From the NCBI RefSeq assembly GCF_024521635.1, contig NW_026250411.1:310001-374000 (forward strand): a stretch of DNA of 64,000 nucleotides, given 5' to 3'. The DNA comes from Tricharina praecox (taxonomy: Eukaryota). Made by a program: the position numbers and the translations under genes. Shown here piece by piece: positions 10,745-21,117 of this stretch; within the stretch, counting starts at the first letter, position 1, and each line of letters starts with the position of its first letter. Below the pieces are notes generated by a model. That model ran no database searches and had not been told where the DNA came from. It saw nothing but the letters and a program-made list of their open reading frames with translations.

Positions 10745-11791
10745 TCACAACCTTCTAAAAACCCTAACGAAGTATCTCATATTCTCCAGTGCCAACGGAT
10801 ATCTCAATCCCTTGCCCTCCCCCGGTAGTCTGAACCACTTCGCATCATCTCCCTCAATCTTCTCCCAGTCGCCATCTGGGCCCAGCAGTGTATGTTCCAG
10901 CAGCATCCCCATCGAGAAAGTCTTTTCGCCGACCTGGACGGTACTATAACTCCCGGCACTCTCGAGGACAAGGAGCAAACAGCCCTTCTCGACGATGCCC
11001 GCCAACGACAGCAGCAGCTTTGTTGTCGCGGCTCTCGACTGCGTGTACAACTCGTTCGTCGTGAACAGCAGCGTGATCAGCCTCGTCGACGCCGGGATCA
11101 GGTTCTCGAGCGGCACGCTGGGCGCCAAGATATCCTCGCGGTAGAAGTCCGCCGAGAACACGCCCGGCTGCGTGTTGGGGATGTAGTTCTCGCAGATGTC
11201 GTTGGTCAGCGCGCTGAACGGCTCGTTCCACTCCGCGATGTCGATAGCAGTGACGTGGACCTTGCCTGCAGCGACTTCGCCGCGCGGGAGGAGGTTGCGG
11301 GTTGCGGCGGCGGCACCCACGAGTTCGGCGCCGGCTCCGCCGCCGATGCACACGATCTCGCTCGTGCCGGAGACATCCGCCGTCTGGAAAACGTCCGTTA
11401 TCTCGTCACAGAGGCTGAGGAATACGCTGCGGTAGCAGAGGGCGCGGCTGGGCGACCACCGGATCACATAGGCGTTGAGGTGCTCGACTGTGCCGAAGGC
11501 GGCGGAGAAGTCGCGGTTGTAGAGGTGGCCTTTTACGGTCTGCAGGACCTGGTGCAGGTCTGGCCGCGAGAAGGGGATCGAGAAGGTGCGGTGGAAGAGC
11601 GTGAGGATGTCGTTGCTGGCGGTCAGGGTCGCGGCGGCGGCGACGGAGGCGGCAGTAGGCGGTTGCGTGCGCGGCTTGAGCTTCGGTGCGCGCTTCTTGG
11701 TCGGTGCGGTTTTCAAAGGGCGCGGAGTCGTGTGCTCGAGGACGTTATCGGCCCAGGCGCGGTTGCCTTGCTTGGGTGCACGGTGCGACAT
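10745..11791 (-). CDS. BMT6: 25S rRNA uridine-N3 methyltransferase, Bmt6/DUF3115 family
   Basis: Motifs LQTVKGHLYNRDF...AYVIRWSPSRALCY, SAM motif IVCIGGGAGAE, LLFTTNELY, ESAGSYS and C-terminal LRYPLALENMRY. Likely start is MSHRAPK at 11791. Confidence 0.85.
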   Translation of the reverse strand: MSHRAPKQGNRAWADNVLEHTTPRPLKTAPTKKRAPKLKPRTQPPTAASVAAAATLTASNDILTLFHRTFSIPFSRPDLHQVLQTVKGHLYNRDFSAAFGTVEHLNAYVIRWSPSRALCYRSVFLSLCDEITDVFQTADVSGTSEIVCIGGGAGAELVGAAAATRNLLPRGEVAAGKVHVTAIDIAEWNEPFSALTNDICENYIPNTQPGVFSADFYREDILAPSVPLENLIPASTRLITLLFTTNELYTQSRAATTKLLLSLAGIVEKGCLLLVLESAGSYSTVQVGEKTFSMGMLLEHTLLGPDGDWEKIEGDDAKWFRLPGEGKGLRYPLALENMRYFVRVFRRL

Positions 11792-12077
11792 TGTGTGTTG
11801 TTTTTGGGGGTGTGGTGGTGCTTTTGGGTATGGCAAGTTTTTGCGTGGTGAGGGGCTTGGTGGGGTGAAGTTGAAAATGTGGATTGATCTGCAGGTAGTG
11901 CAGCGGTCAGATGGTGGTCTGTGCGGTAACTAATCCCTGATAAGCTCAAATTTAGCGGCTCTGTAAAATGCCCCACCACCCCACCACACCACCCCACCAC
12001 ACCACCCCACCATACATATTCCGGAGGTGTCATCGCATCTGTCATTTTTCAATCTACCACCGCGCGCCGCTGCAACG

Positions 12078-13004
12078 ATGTTTGACGACAGCGACTCAGA
12101 TTCCGAGCCCATTCCGCTTCTTCCGGACGAGCCGGAGGACTTCCTCCCCCCGCCGCCGTCGGCCACCACAACAACGTACTCTCTCACCACCGCCCCGCAC
12201 GAGTCCCTGACGCTGCGACTAGTCGGCCACAACCCACTGTGGGGCCACCACCTATGGAATGCCGGACGCGTCACCTCCGAGTACCTCGAAACCCACGCCG
12301 CGCGCTTGGTCGCCGGCAAGACCGTTCTCGAACTTGGTGCCGGCGCGGGCCTGCCGGCGCTTACCTGTGCTCTACGGGGTGCTGCGAAGGTGGGCGGTTC
12401 TTGCTTGCGAGAAGCAGGGAGGGAGCGGCACAGGACTGATGGAATGAGGGACCAGTAGGTAGTAGTGACCGACTACCCCGACGCCCCTCTTATCGACAAT
12501 CTCCGTATCAACATCTCCGCGCTCCCCTCTTCCTACGACGGCACCGGCAACGGCAACATCGTCGCGGAACCGTACCTCTGGGGGAACCCGCTCCCGGAGA
12601 TATTGGCACACCTGCCGCCACCGGCGGAAGCGTTCGATCTGGTCATCCTGTCGGACTTGCTGTTCAATCACTCGGAGCACCAGAAGCTGCTCAAGACGGT
12701 GCTGCTTACGCTGAAGAAGACGGCGCGGGTGAGGGCGCTGGTGTTTTTTACGCCGCATAGACCGTGGTTGCTCGAGAAGGACTTGGAGTTTTTGAAGATT
12801 GCTGAGGAGGCGGGATTAGTGGTCGAGAAGACGGTCGAGAGGCTGCTGGACAATCCTATGTTTGAGGAGGATATGGGGGTAAGTCTGCCTTGACGAGAGG
12901 TGGGACGGACTAGACATGCTAATGTGGTGATAACTTAGGACCGAGATTTGAGGAGAACGGTTTTTGGTTATGAGATTTCTTGGAAGGATTTGGGGAGCAG
13001 CTGA
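12078..13004 (+). CDS. EFM7: Protein N-terminal/lysine methyltransferase Efm7 (Nnt1), about 265 aa; exons 12078-12389, 12459-12878, 12939-13004
   Basis: Motifs LRLVGHNPLWGHHLWNA, VLELGAGAGLP, TDYPD, DLLFNHSEH, VFFTPHRPWL and MFEED...LRRTVFGY. Both introns are canonical and in frame. Confidence 0.9.
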
Positions 13005-13019
13005 GAATAGGATATATCT

Positions 13020-13105
13020 TGCATGTGGACCCATCTACCTAGATCATGGCAATATATACAAACGCCGTTTCCACGTCCACTAGATATCCAACTCAACTTT
13101 CGTCA
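13020..13105 (-). mobile_element. 3' tail of a non-LTR retroelement, copy 4, just downstream of the EFM7 stop codon
   Basis: CCTAGATCATGGCAATATATACAAACGCCGTTTCCACG...TCCAACTCAACTTTC matches the copies at 31.2 kb and 2.2 kb. Confidence 0.6.
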
Positions 13106-13558
13106 AGCGGTCCGATGCGGCTTCCCCTGCTCGCTCCTGCCCGTAGACCGGACGGGAATGGTCATCTACCTACTACAGAAATACTCCTTTCTATCTATAT
13201 ACAGCTTTTTCTTTTTTTGCCTGTTATGTCGTGACGTCTCATTCTAAGTACAGTAGGTATGCTGGGCTCAGGCTGCTCGGGGACACAAATTGGCTCGTAG
13301 GCAAATTCATGGTAGTACAACGAACGAGTCGTAACCTCAACTTCGATAGAGCTCGTAACCTCCCCCACTCCCACCACCAACCACAACTACCTCTTTCTCA
13401 CCTCCCCTACTCATCCTTACCCTTTCACCTCCTTCAACATCCCTATCCTGCGCTCGGTCCCTTCGCATCCTCTCATCACAGAGCTACCGTCTCACCGTCT
13501 ACCCTCCCCCACCTCCGGAAACCGCATCTCCTCTGCCGTCACGAGCGGCGGATCTCTC

Positions 13559-15022
13559 ATGGCAACTACACCGGCGAGCGATTCTATGTCGACCATCCCT
13601 GACCCCCAAGACCCGGTGCTCTTTCCCCTGCTCAGGCTTCCAAGAGAGCTCGTCATAAATGTCGGACGATTTCTTCCCCGAATCGACCTTGCTGCCTTGG
13701 CATGGAGCAGCCGCCATATGTGTGACCTGCTAAGCCCAGACCTATATCCCTATGCCAGCAGGCAAACGGCCCTCGTTAAGGCTACCAAGTGGTGGAAGCC
13801 GCAGCTGATGCTTCAGCTGATTGAGAAGCTCGAAGTCGACCCGCGGAAATTTCCTGAGCTATACATGCACAAAGCGGTTGGGAACATCCCCGACTACTTG
13901 ACCATGGATTACGACTCGGAATCGCTCATGAAGACCTTGCGTTTACTGCTCGACAAGGGAGTTTCTATCAACGATATTGATCTCAGGTACGGCGAGACAG
14001 CGTTGATTCACATCGTGAGGACTGTCGCATGCAGGGAAAACTTTCCAGGCATTCAAGATCTTGTCGAGCGTGTTGTTATCTTTCTCCTGAAGGAGGGCGC
14101 AAACGGGGATGCGAGGGATTCCGAGGGTCGGACTGCGGTACACCATGCGGCGGGAATGGGTTATGAGCAGCCGTTGCGCTTTCTACTGGGGGAAGGGCTT
14201 CGGGCTGATGTCTTAGATGTGTGGGGGAAGGCACCTATTCATTTGGCCATCGAACGCTATATGGCGAGCCAACAGGTGTGCTTGGCGTTCGATGTTCATG
14301 ACGTCCCTGGGGATAATTTCAATATACTTAAGGTTCTGTGTATGTGGCGACAGGGCAGCACTATTAACATGAGGACCAAGATGGAGGGAAACACGCCGCT
14401 GCATTGTGCAGTCGAATTTAACCCCCACTTCCACCCTTGTTTCGGACAATTTTTGATCTCTCAGGCCATCGTGCGTATACTTCTCTATTACGATGCCAAC
14501 CCAAATGTACTGAATTGTCATGGAGAGACCCCATTGCACATGGCTGTGTCCAAGTCGGATGTGGAGGTCATTCAAATGATCACCGAACACCCTTCAACCG
14601 ATATAGGAATACCTATAAACAACCAGCTTGGGGATATGCCTTTGCATCACGCAATTCGCACCAGTCTATGCGGGTGCGCGTCTATTGCCTACGATCTATA
14701 CGAGTGCCCTCGTGTGACTGTCGTCAAAGCTCTGCTCAGAGCCGGTGTGAGTGTGGATCAGCGGAATCGGGATGGAGACACGGCTTTGCACCTCGCAGTC
14801 GACACACCCTGGCAGTGTAGGAATAGCATCATAACCCTCCTTTGTGCCGGTGCTCGCCCCGATATCTTGGATAGGCTCGGCGAGCCTCCATACGGCATGG
14901 CGCTGAGACATCAAACGACAGACGTTGTGAGGATGCTGTTGACAGCCCTCTCCAACAGGGTTTTTGGCATGTGTACGCGCGAAGTAGAGCTGCTACGTGA
15001 AGTAGAGGAGCTAGATGATTGA
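13559..15022 (+). CDS. Ankyrin-repeat protein with an N-terminal F-box-like motif, 487 aa
   Basis: Multiple ankyrin motifs (GRTAVHHAA, GKAPIHLAI, GNTPLHCAV, GETPLHMAV, GDMPLHHAI, GDTALHLAV). N-terminal LLRLPRELVINVGRFLPRIDLAALAWSSR is F-box-like. Confidence 0.85.
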   Translation: MATTPASDSMSTIPDPQDPVLFPLLRLPRELVINVGRFLPRIDLAALAWSSRHMCDLLSPDLYPYASRQTALVKATKWWKPQLMLQLIEKLEVDPRKFPELYMHKAVGNIPDYLTMDYDSESLMKTLRLLLDKGVSINDIDLRYGETALIHIVRTVACRENFPGIQDLVERVVIFLLKEGANGDARDSEGRTAVHHAAGMGYEQPLRFLLGEGLRADVLDVWGKAPIHLAIERYMASQQVCLAFDVHDVPGDNFNILKVLCMWRQGSTINMRTKMEGNTPLHCAVEFNPHFHPCFGQFLISQAIVRILLYYDANPNVLNCHGETPLHMAVSKSDVEVIQMITEHPSTDIGIPINNQLGDMPLHHAIRTSLCGCASIAYDLYECPRVTVVKALLRAGVSVDQRNRDGDTALHLAVDTPWQCRNSIITLLCAGARPDILDRLGEPPYGMALRHQTTDVVRMLLTALSNRVFGMCTREVELLREVEELDD

Positions 15023-15619
15023 CGAGCCTGGCTCACTTTGCGGTTCGTGGGTTGCGCAGTTGCAGCCCCTCTAACGTGGGTAGCGTTGGATATGTGGTTG
15101 TTTCTCTGGGGTTTCCGTGTATCTGGTTCTTTGATTGACTGATAATTACTGACTGGGTCTTCTACTTGCTTTTTTGCTGCTGGAAATGTTTTTACGTGTA
15201 CTGTTGTTTCTGTGCTATCTCGGACATTGGCGTAATGGAGTTGCGCAGGAATTTGGTTGGGCTGTGATTGTGCCGATACCTCAACGACGATGATGGTGTT
15301 ATGGATTGGGATTGGCATTGTTTTAGCCAGACTGTGTGTTCTTTTTGTTTCTCGCATTGAGTGCGGGCTCAATAGAAATGTATGTGACTTTATTGTCATA
15401 CTCGTGACGGACGGATGACCACTCGTGACGGAAGGATCACAATATTTCACTCGATGCGGCTCTGCCCTCTGCCTAGACTAGCCAATTACGCGAACCAGTT
15501 CGAGAGCTCAGAGCTTCGTTTTTACCGCCGTCTCACCACCGACAACCGCCAACAACCACTGTCATCCATTCCATCACGACCGTTGCCTCCATTCATCTCG
15601 ACAAACTTCCCAAGCCATC

Positions 15620-16638
15620 ATGAACCACCTTCCCGAAGCCTGGGGTCGCGTAGGTTTTTAGCTACCGATTCGGAGGAAAGGTGAAACTGACGGAATTGCT
15701 GTAGCCCAGAGACGACATCTACGGAGCCTACGACCACTCCTTCGTTGCCGCCTCGCAGCCAAACACCCACACGCAGTCCCCGATCGTCACCGGTACCTCC
15801 GTCGTCGCCCTGAAATTCAACGGCGGAGTCGTAATCGCCGCCGACAACCTGGGTATGCTAACACTCCCTTCCCCGTCCCCCGTCCTCGCACATCTCCCCG
15901 CACCCCCACTAAACTTCCGCCACCACCACCATAGCATCCTACGGCTCCCTCGCGCGCTTCACGGACATGGAGCGACTGCGGCAGGTGGGCACGCACACGG
16001 TGGTCGGCGCGTCCGGCGACGTCTCGGACATGCAGCACATCTTCACGAAGACGCTCGAGAACCTGACGATTTCGGAGGAGTACCAGAGCGACGACGGGCA
16101 CCGTCTGCGCGCGAAACACGTCTACAGCTACCTCTCGAGAGTGCTGTATCAGCGCAGGAACAAGTTTAATCCGCTCTGGAATGTGCTGCTGGTCGCGGGG
16201 TGGGATGAGGGGAAGCCGTGAGTTGTTCTATGGGGAAGCGGGAGGGGGAGGGGGAGGAGACAGTGGGCTAATGAAGGCGGGGATAGGTTTTTGGCTTCGG
16301 CGGATCTGCTGGGAACTACTTTCTCGGCTCCCGCGCTGGCGTCCGGCTTCGGTGCGCATCTGGCCATTCCGCTGCTCCGCCGCGTGGCCCCCGACGAGGC
16401 GGCGGTAGAGGGCATCACGCGCGAGCGCGCGATCGAGGTGGTTGAGGAGTGCATGAAGGTGCTGTTTTACCGCGACGCCCGGAGCATGAACAGGTACACC
16501 ATGGCTGTCGTCACCGGTTCAAAGGACGAGGCCGGAAAGGAGAAGGTCGATATCGAGTGGAGGAAGGATATTGAGCTTAAGCAACAGAGTTGGAAGTTTG
16601 CGGAGGGGATCAGGGGATACGGTGCGCAGACTGTTTAG
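15620..16638 (+). CDS. PRE4: 20S proteasome subunit beta type-7, 270 aa; exons 15620-15649, 15705-15852, 15935-16217, 16287-16638
   Basis: Motifs [61 protein letters not shown] and [15 protein letters not shown]. Three canonical introns, all in frame. Confidence 0.95.
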
Positions 16639-18374
16639 ATTTGCGAAGACCGATAAGAGGGAGATGCGGTTTCTCTTTCTCGCGCTTGCTTGTTTGATAG
16701 CTGAAATCGACATATCGTGAATGAGCTGAAACAAAGTACACTACTTCTTCGATGGGTAATAGAATGATACTAGCTGTCGATCGCTATTGAATTGACTTGA
16801 TAACGCTTAAATATCACGGACTTGATTTCCACCCCAGGTCTCTCACATCCAGATCACATCCCACGGAATTGATCCGATCACCTACAGAGCATGAGCACAC
16901 CAATCCAGGATCAGCACCAGCGACGGATACGGAGCAGACCGAGTGCAACGCAATGAAGCAGTCACGAGACTCACCACCACGCCACCACGCCACTACACCG
17001 CCTCAGCGCCTCACCACCACACTACCACACCACCACACCGCCTCAGCGCCTCACGAAAACTCACTCACCCGCAATCCCGAATCCTGCCATCGCATCACGC
17101 AAATCCCCGGTCGAGGGTGTGTGTGTAGGGGGGGATGATACTCCCCCAACGAGGCGATCAACTAGGCGTCCGTAGAAAGCAGGATAAGGCTGCAAGTTCA
17201 GTACCTACAGTCCTAGCGCCTACAGCACCCACGGTAGGTGCCAGGTACTAGGTACTGTCAGATCCAGACGGCCGCCTAGAAACATAGTGTACCTCCTACC
17301 TCCTACCCCCGAGATACCCACGGAACAAAGAAAAGAACAAAGGAACACCCACCCCGGATCACCCCGGATCCCGGATCCCAGGGATGCTCGAGACACAGCA
17401 CACCACAGCATCATCTCCGATCATCAAGACCCGGCGACTAGGGACTGGCATACATACCTCATACGTACACCCGGTCGCCCGGGGCGGTGCCACTAGGCAA
17501 TCTCGCGACCTCGGTGTCCACACCGTCCACACACGCCCTGGACACCCATCCCACCCAGCCGAGCAGCCGGGTTCGGCACGGTTAACTGCGCCGCTGGAGA
17601 CAGCAGATCACGAGACTGTGCCGCAATGATCAACAGCCAGCTCCATCGTCGCTAAGACTCCGATTGGTGCCAGCGGTGCCAGTGGTAGGGAGTGGGTGAT
17701 TTCCCGCCCAGCACGACGACGCCGAAATCATCCAAAGACGGAGCCGAGCCGGGCGCCTCAATCGCGTTGCATTGCGTTCCGGTCTGGTCTGGTGCACCGA
17801 TGATTGCAAATATATATCTCACGCAAGCTCCTCGCGAGTCGAAACCGTCGGAAGTGGATTTCATGGAATTTCATGAATCATTGCCCGGGCACCTCCCCTC
17901 CCCCCCCTCCCCCCATCCGCCTTACGTACACTTCGTTTCGGCAGATATCCCGGACCGGAAACCAACCCCCAGTCCAGCCCTATACCAGCCTACCCAACCC
18001 CAACCCAACCCCAACCCAACCCATAACACCCCGAAAACAACCCGCACCACCCAGAACCACAGAGAGTTAAAAAGACAACCTGGACATACCTCCTGATGGA
18101 GTATGCAAGAAAAGAAACTATAGGGGGAAAATGAAACGAGGAAGAAGGGAAAAACTTTTGCTGTCTTCGAAATGCAAGGCACATACCTGGATCAGAAGAA
18201 GGAAAAATGTGGTAAGAAACGAAAGAAGAAGAAAGAAAAAAAAGCCCAGACGAGAAGGAAGATATCAAAAGAACATCAGTGTTATTGTACAGAGAGCAAC
18301 GATATGCACAGTTGAGATGGCCTGTACTCGTCAGTACGGGCGGACTCGATTTTTCCGGGAGGGCACCAATGTGT

Positions 18375-20323
18375 CTAGGACGTGTAGCGCTTAGAGACAG
18401 CCATCCACTTCGCCATGCCGTTCGCGAAGCCGAGAATAAGCTGGATATAAGCTCGGACATTCTCCCTAGGGACGGTGCCCCTGTTGGGGTGAGCCTCACG
18501 AGGATGGCCGAAAACACCAAAGACGTGGGGGCGGAAGTTCTTCGAGGTGTGATGGGTGCCGCTGTCGCCGTTGAGGAGCCTAACATGCTCGTTTGGATCG
18601 TCACAGACCGTGCCGGCATGCTGCACGCAGCGACGGACGAGCTCGTTGTGCGTGTCGATGACACGGGCCACGGCGATGTTGGGCTTGGATCCGCACTTGA
18701 TGAGAATCTGGATGGCGGACAGAGGATTCTCTGTTTTGTAGTCTTTCTCCCAGCCTGCATTCAACAAGAACTGGTCAGCCTTGAACATGCGGTATGATTC
18801 GGCACGTAACAAGGTACTTACCCAGGATATCGTTCTGCAAACCCATAATCAACTGCAACATGCACTCCACCTTGCGGAGGTTAGACATATTCGCCTTGTC
18901 AATCGTGGCTGCGACGTCGAGGTATCCCGAGTCGAGGGGGTTGCCGAGATGAGAGATGACCGGCATGAGACCCAGATCGGCACGGGCCAGGATAAGGAAG
19001 GGGCGGACTAGTTAAAGGTGAGTATCTTGCCCAAAACTCGGTAGGGATGAAGCACTGACCAGAGATGGTGATGGCTCTAACCCTCATCCACTCATACATC
19101 GCGATCCTGTTCGTCTCGAGGAGAGGGCGTTCTTCTCTGAAACCAGTAAGGACTTCGCAAACAGCATCCATAAACGCCTGTCTCCACGGAGCCTCCTTAA
19201 CACTATCGACCACACCGGTGCAGATGCTGGTCGAATGGATGACGTTACGGAGAGCCAGAGAGACACGGACGGCCTGGTTGTCCTTGTCATTGAACAGGGA
19301 CTCGTCGACATCCTTCGAGAAGGCAAGGAACAAATCGGCCTCTGTATCCCGGTATCAGCAAGAGAACACGCAAGAACTAGTGAGGAAAGAACGTTACCAC
19401 AATCGTCCCATTCCTTTCCGAGAAGATTTTCAGTCAGATCTGGTGGAATGTTAGTACCCGCCGACACCCATCCGACCGAAAGTGCAATTACCATCGACGA
19501 TGCAAAGCCAGATCCAGAAGCACGATCCGACGTATCTCGCTCCCTTAGAGATAAGGCCGTGGGGCAGGAGTTTCGGGACCAATCCGAGAGGGCTGGCTTT
19601 TTCAGAGACCTTCCTGCAGGACGGCGGGAGGGAGCCGATGAACTGATCGCAGGTACCGCCGACTCCCTGCTCCTCAATATCGCCAAGGCCGGGAAGGTCC
19701 AGGTAAGGCGGAAGAACAATCCTGAAACCTTCGGATAGCACAGCCATCTTGATGTTGAGCTCCTGAAGCTCAAACATCTGGGCGATTTTTTCGGAACCGA
19801 CCTCGCAATGATCGACACAGGCAAGCTCGAAACAAATCTTTTCGAAAGATTTTTCATCGGCGGGGTGAGATGTTTCATGCGAGAGTACACCGGTTTCACG
19901 GGAGCGTGAGGGTTTTTTGACACCACCAAATCTGAACTTGAGGCTCTCCAAGAAATGCTGCCTCGGCTTGACGTTGTTCTGCATAACTTCCAGTGCTATG
20001 AACGGGGGTCCACGGGCGGGACGAAGCGAGAAGTACCTCTTGGCGTCCGGGGGTCCGGTGGTCTCACGGCTGTTGTTGGTGTTGACAACTCCAGTTGGCG
20101 TGACGACCGAGACTCCTGAGTCCTTTGGATAGGCGGTTGAGCTAGCAGTCGAAACATGAGAGGAGGAGGCTGGATGACCGGAGTATCCGTCAAGGCGATC
20201 ATGAGAGTGGAAAGCCATCAGACCTTCCTTGTGGTTGTCGTTTGGACCAAGGTTTGGGTTGCTACGAGGATGGTACAGCCCTCGTGGGGGCTGTAGGTGA
20301 TTGTTTTCGTTCCTGGAAGACAT
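18375..20323 (-). CDS. Class I terpene synthase, about 573 aa; exons 20323-19492, 19439-19398, 19341-19060, 19007-18822, 18754-18375
   Basis: The spliced protein has WLCIVDDLTE (DDxxE), WMRVRAITIS (diphosphate-sensor Arg), LQNDILGWEKD (NSE/DTE-like) and WMAVSKRY (WxxxxxRY). Four GT-AG introns of 52-67 nt have branch points. A 5'UTR intron ends 2 nt before the ATG. Confidence 0.85.
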
Positions 20324-20957
20324 CGCTGTAATTTTGGTTAGGCAGATGTCGAGGATGTATATGAAAGCGAGAATGAGCTGCATATCCGGGAACTTACACT
20401 ATAGGAGTAATGAGTGACGAGCTGAACGGTCAAACCGATTGAGAAGGTCTTGCCAAGCAGGAAGCGTGATGAACAATCAACCTGGTATAGGTATGACTGG
20501 ATGTAGAGAGGTATGTAGACCTTGGAGAAAGAAAGAAGCTATTCAGGATGACTCAATCAAAAGAGTGGTTATGTGCAGAGCGGGGTGTGTGGATGAGGCG
20601 TGAATATGAACAGGGTGAGGTTGAATGCCTTGACGGCGGGAGCTGTAAAGAGGAGGAGAGAGGGGGATGGATGAGAGGAGTAGAGTATGAGAGGAGGAGA
20701 ATATGAGAGTATGAGAGGATGAGAGTATGAAAGGATGAGAGGACGGAAGGTGGCGGGGGAGGGGGGGAGAGGGGAAATATAACTGCGGTTTAGCGGCTGC
20801 TGAGAGTTGGCATTTGAGTGAAGAGGCCCGCCCAAGTCTAGAGGGCTTTGTACGTATGCAGGAGTTTCATCACTTTGGTGGAATGGAGGTGATAGTTGCA
20901 GCTCTAATTAGGTGCTGCTGCGTGTGTTGATGATTGCGGTACGTCACAAAGGACTAC

Positions 20958-21117
20958 CTGGAGGCTCCTGGAATTTTCGAAAAACATTTCACCACCGCCC
21001 ACGGCGAAACGCTGGTCCGAAACAGGCAAAAAGCCTGCCTGGAAGCTCCTGGGATTTTTAAAAACATTTGCCCAGCGTCATAAAGCAAACCGCTGGTCCG
21101 TAACAAGGAAATCATGC
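20958..21117. repeat. Two diverged ~80-bp tandem units upstream of the terpene synthase
   Basis: CCTGGAGGCTCCTGGAATTTTCGAAAAACATTT...CGCTGGTCCGAAACA versus CCTGGAAGCTCCTGGGATTTTTAAAAACATTT...CGCTGGTCCGTAACA. Confidence 0.75.

Noticed and set aside
10892..11851. 319-aa + strand ORF
   Set aside because: Antisense shadow of the GC-rich BMT6 gene with no independent motifs.
7780..20323. Secondary-metabolite cluster linking the DUF1772 gene and the terpene synthase
   Set aside because: They are about 10 kb apart and separated by housekeeping genes, with no P450, transporter or pathway regulator in between.
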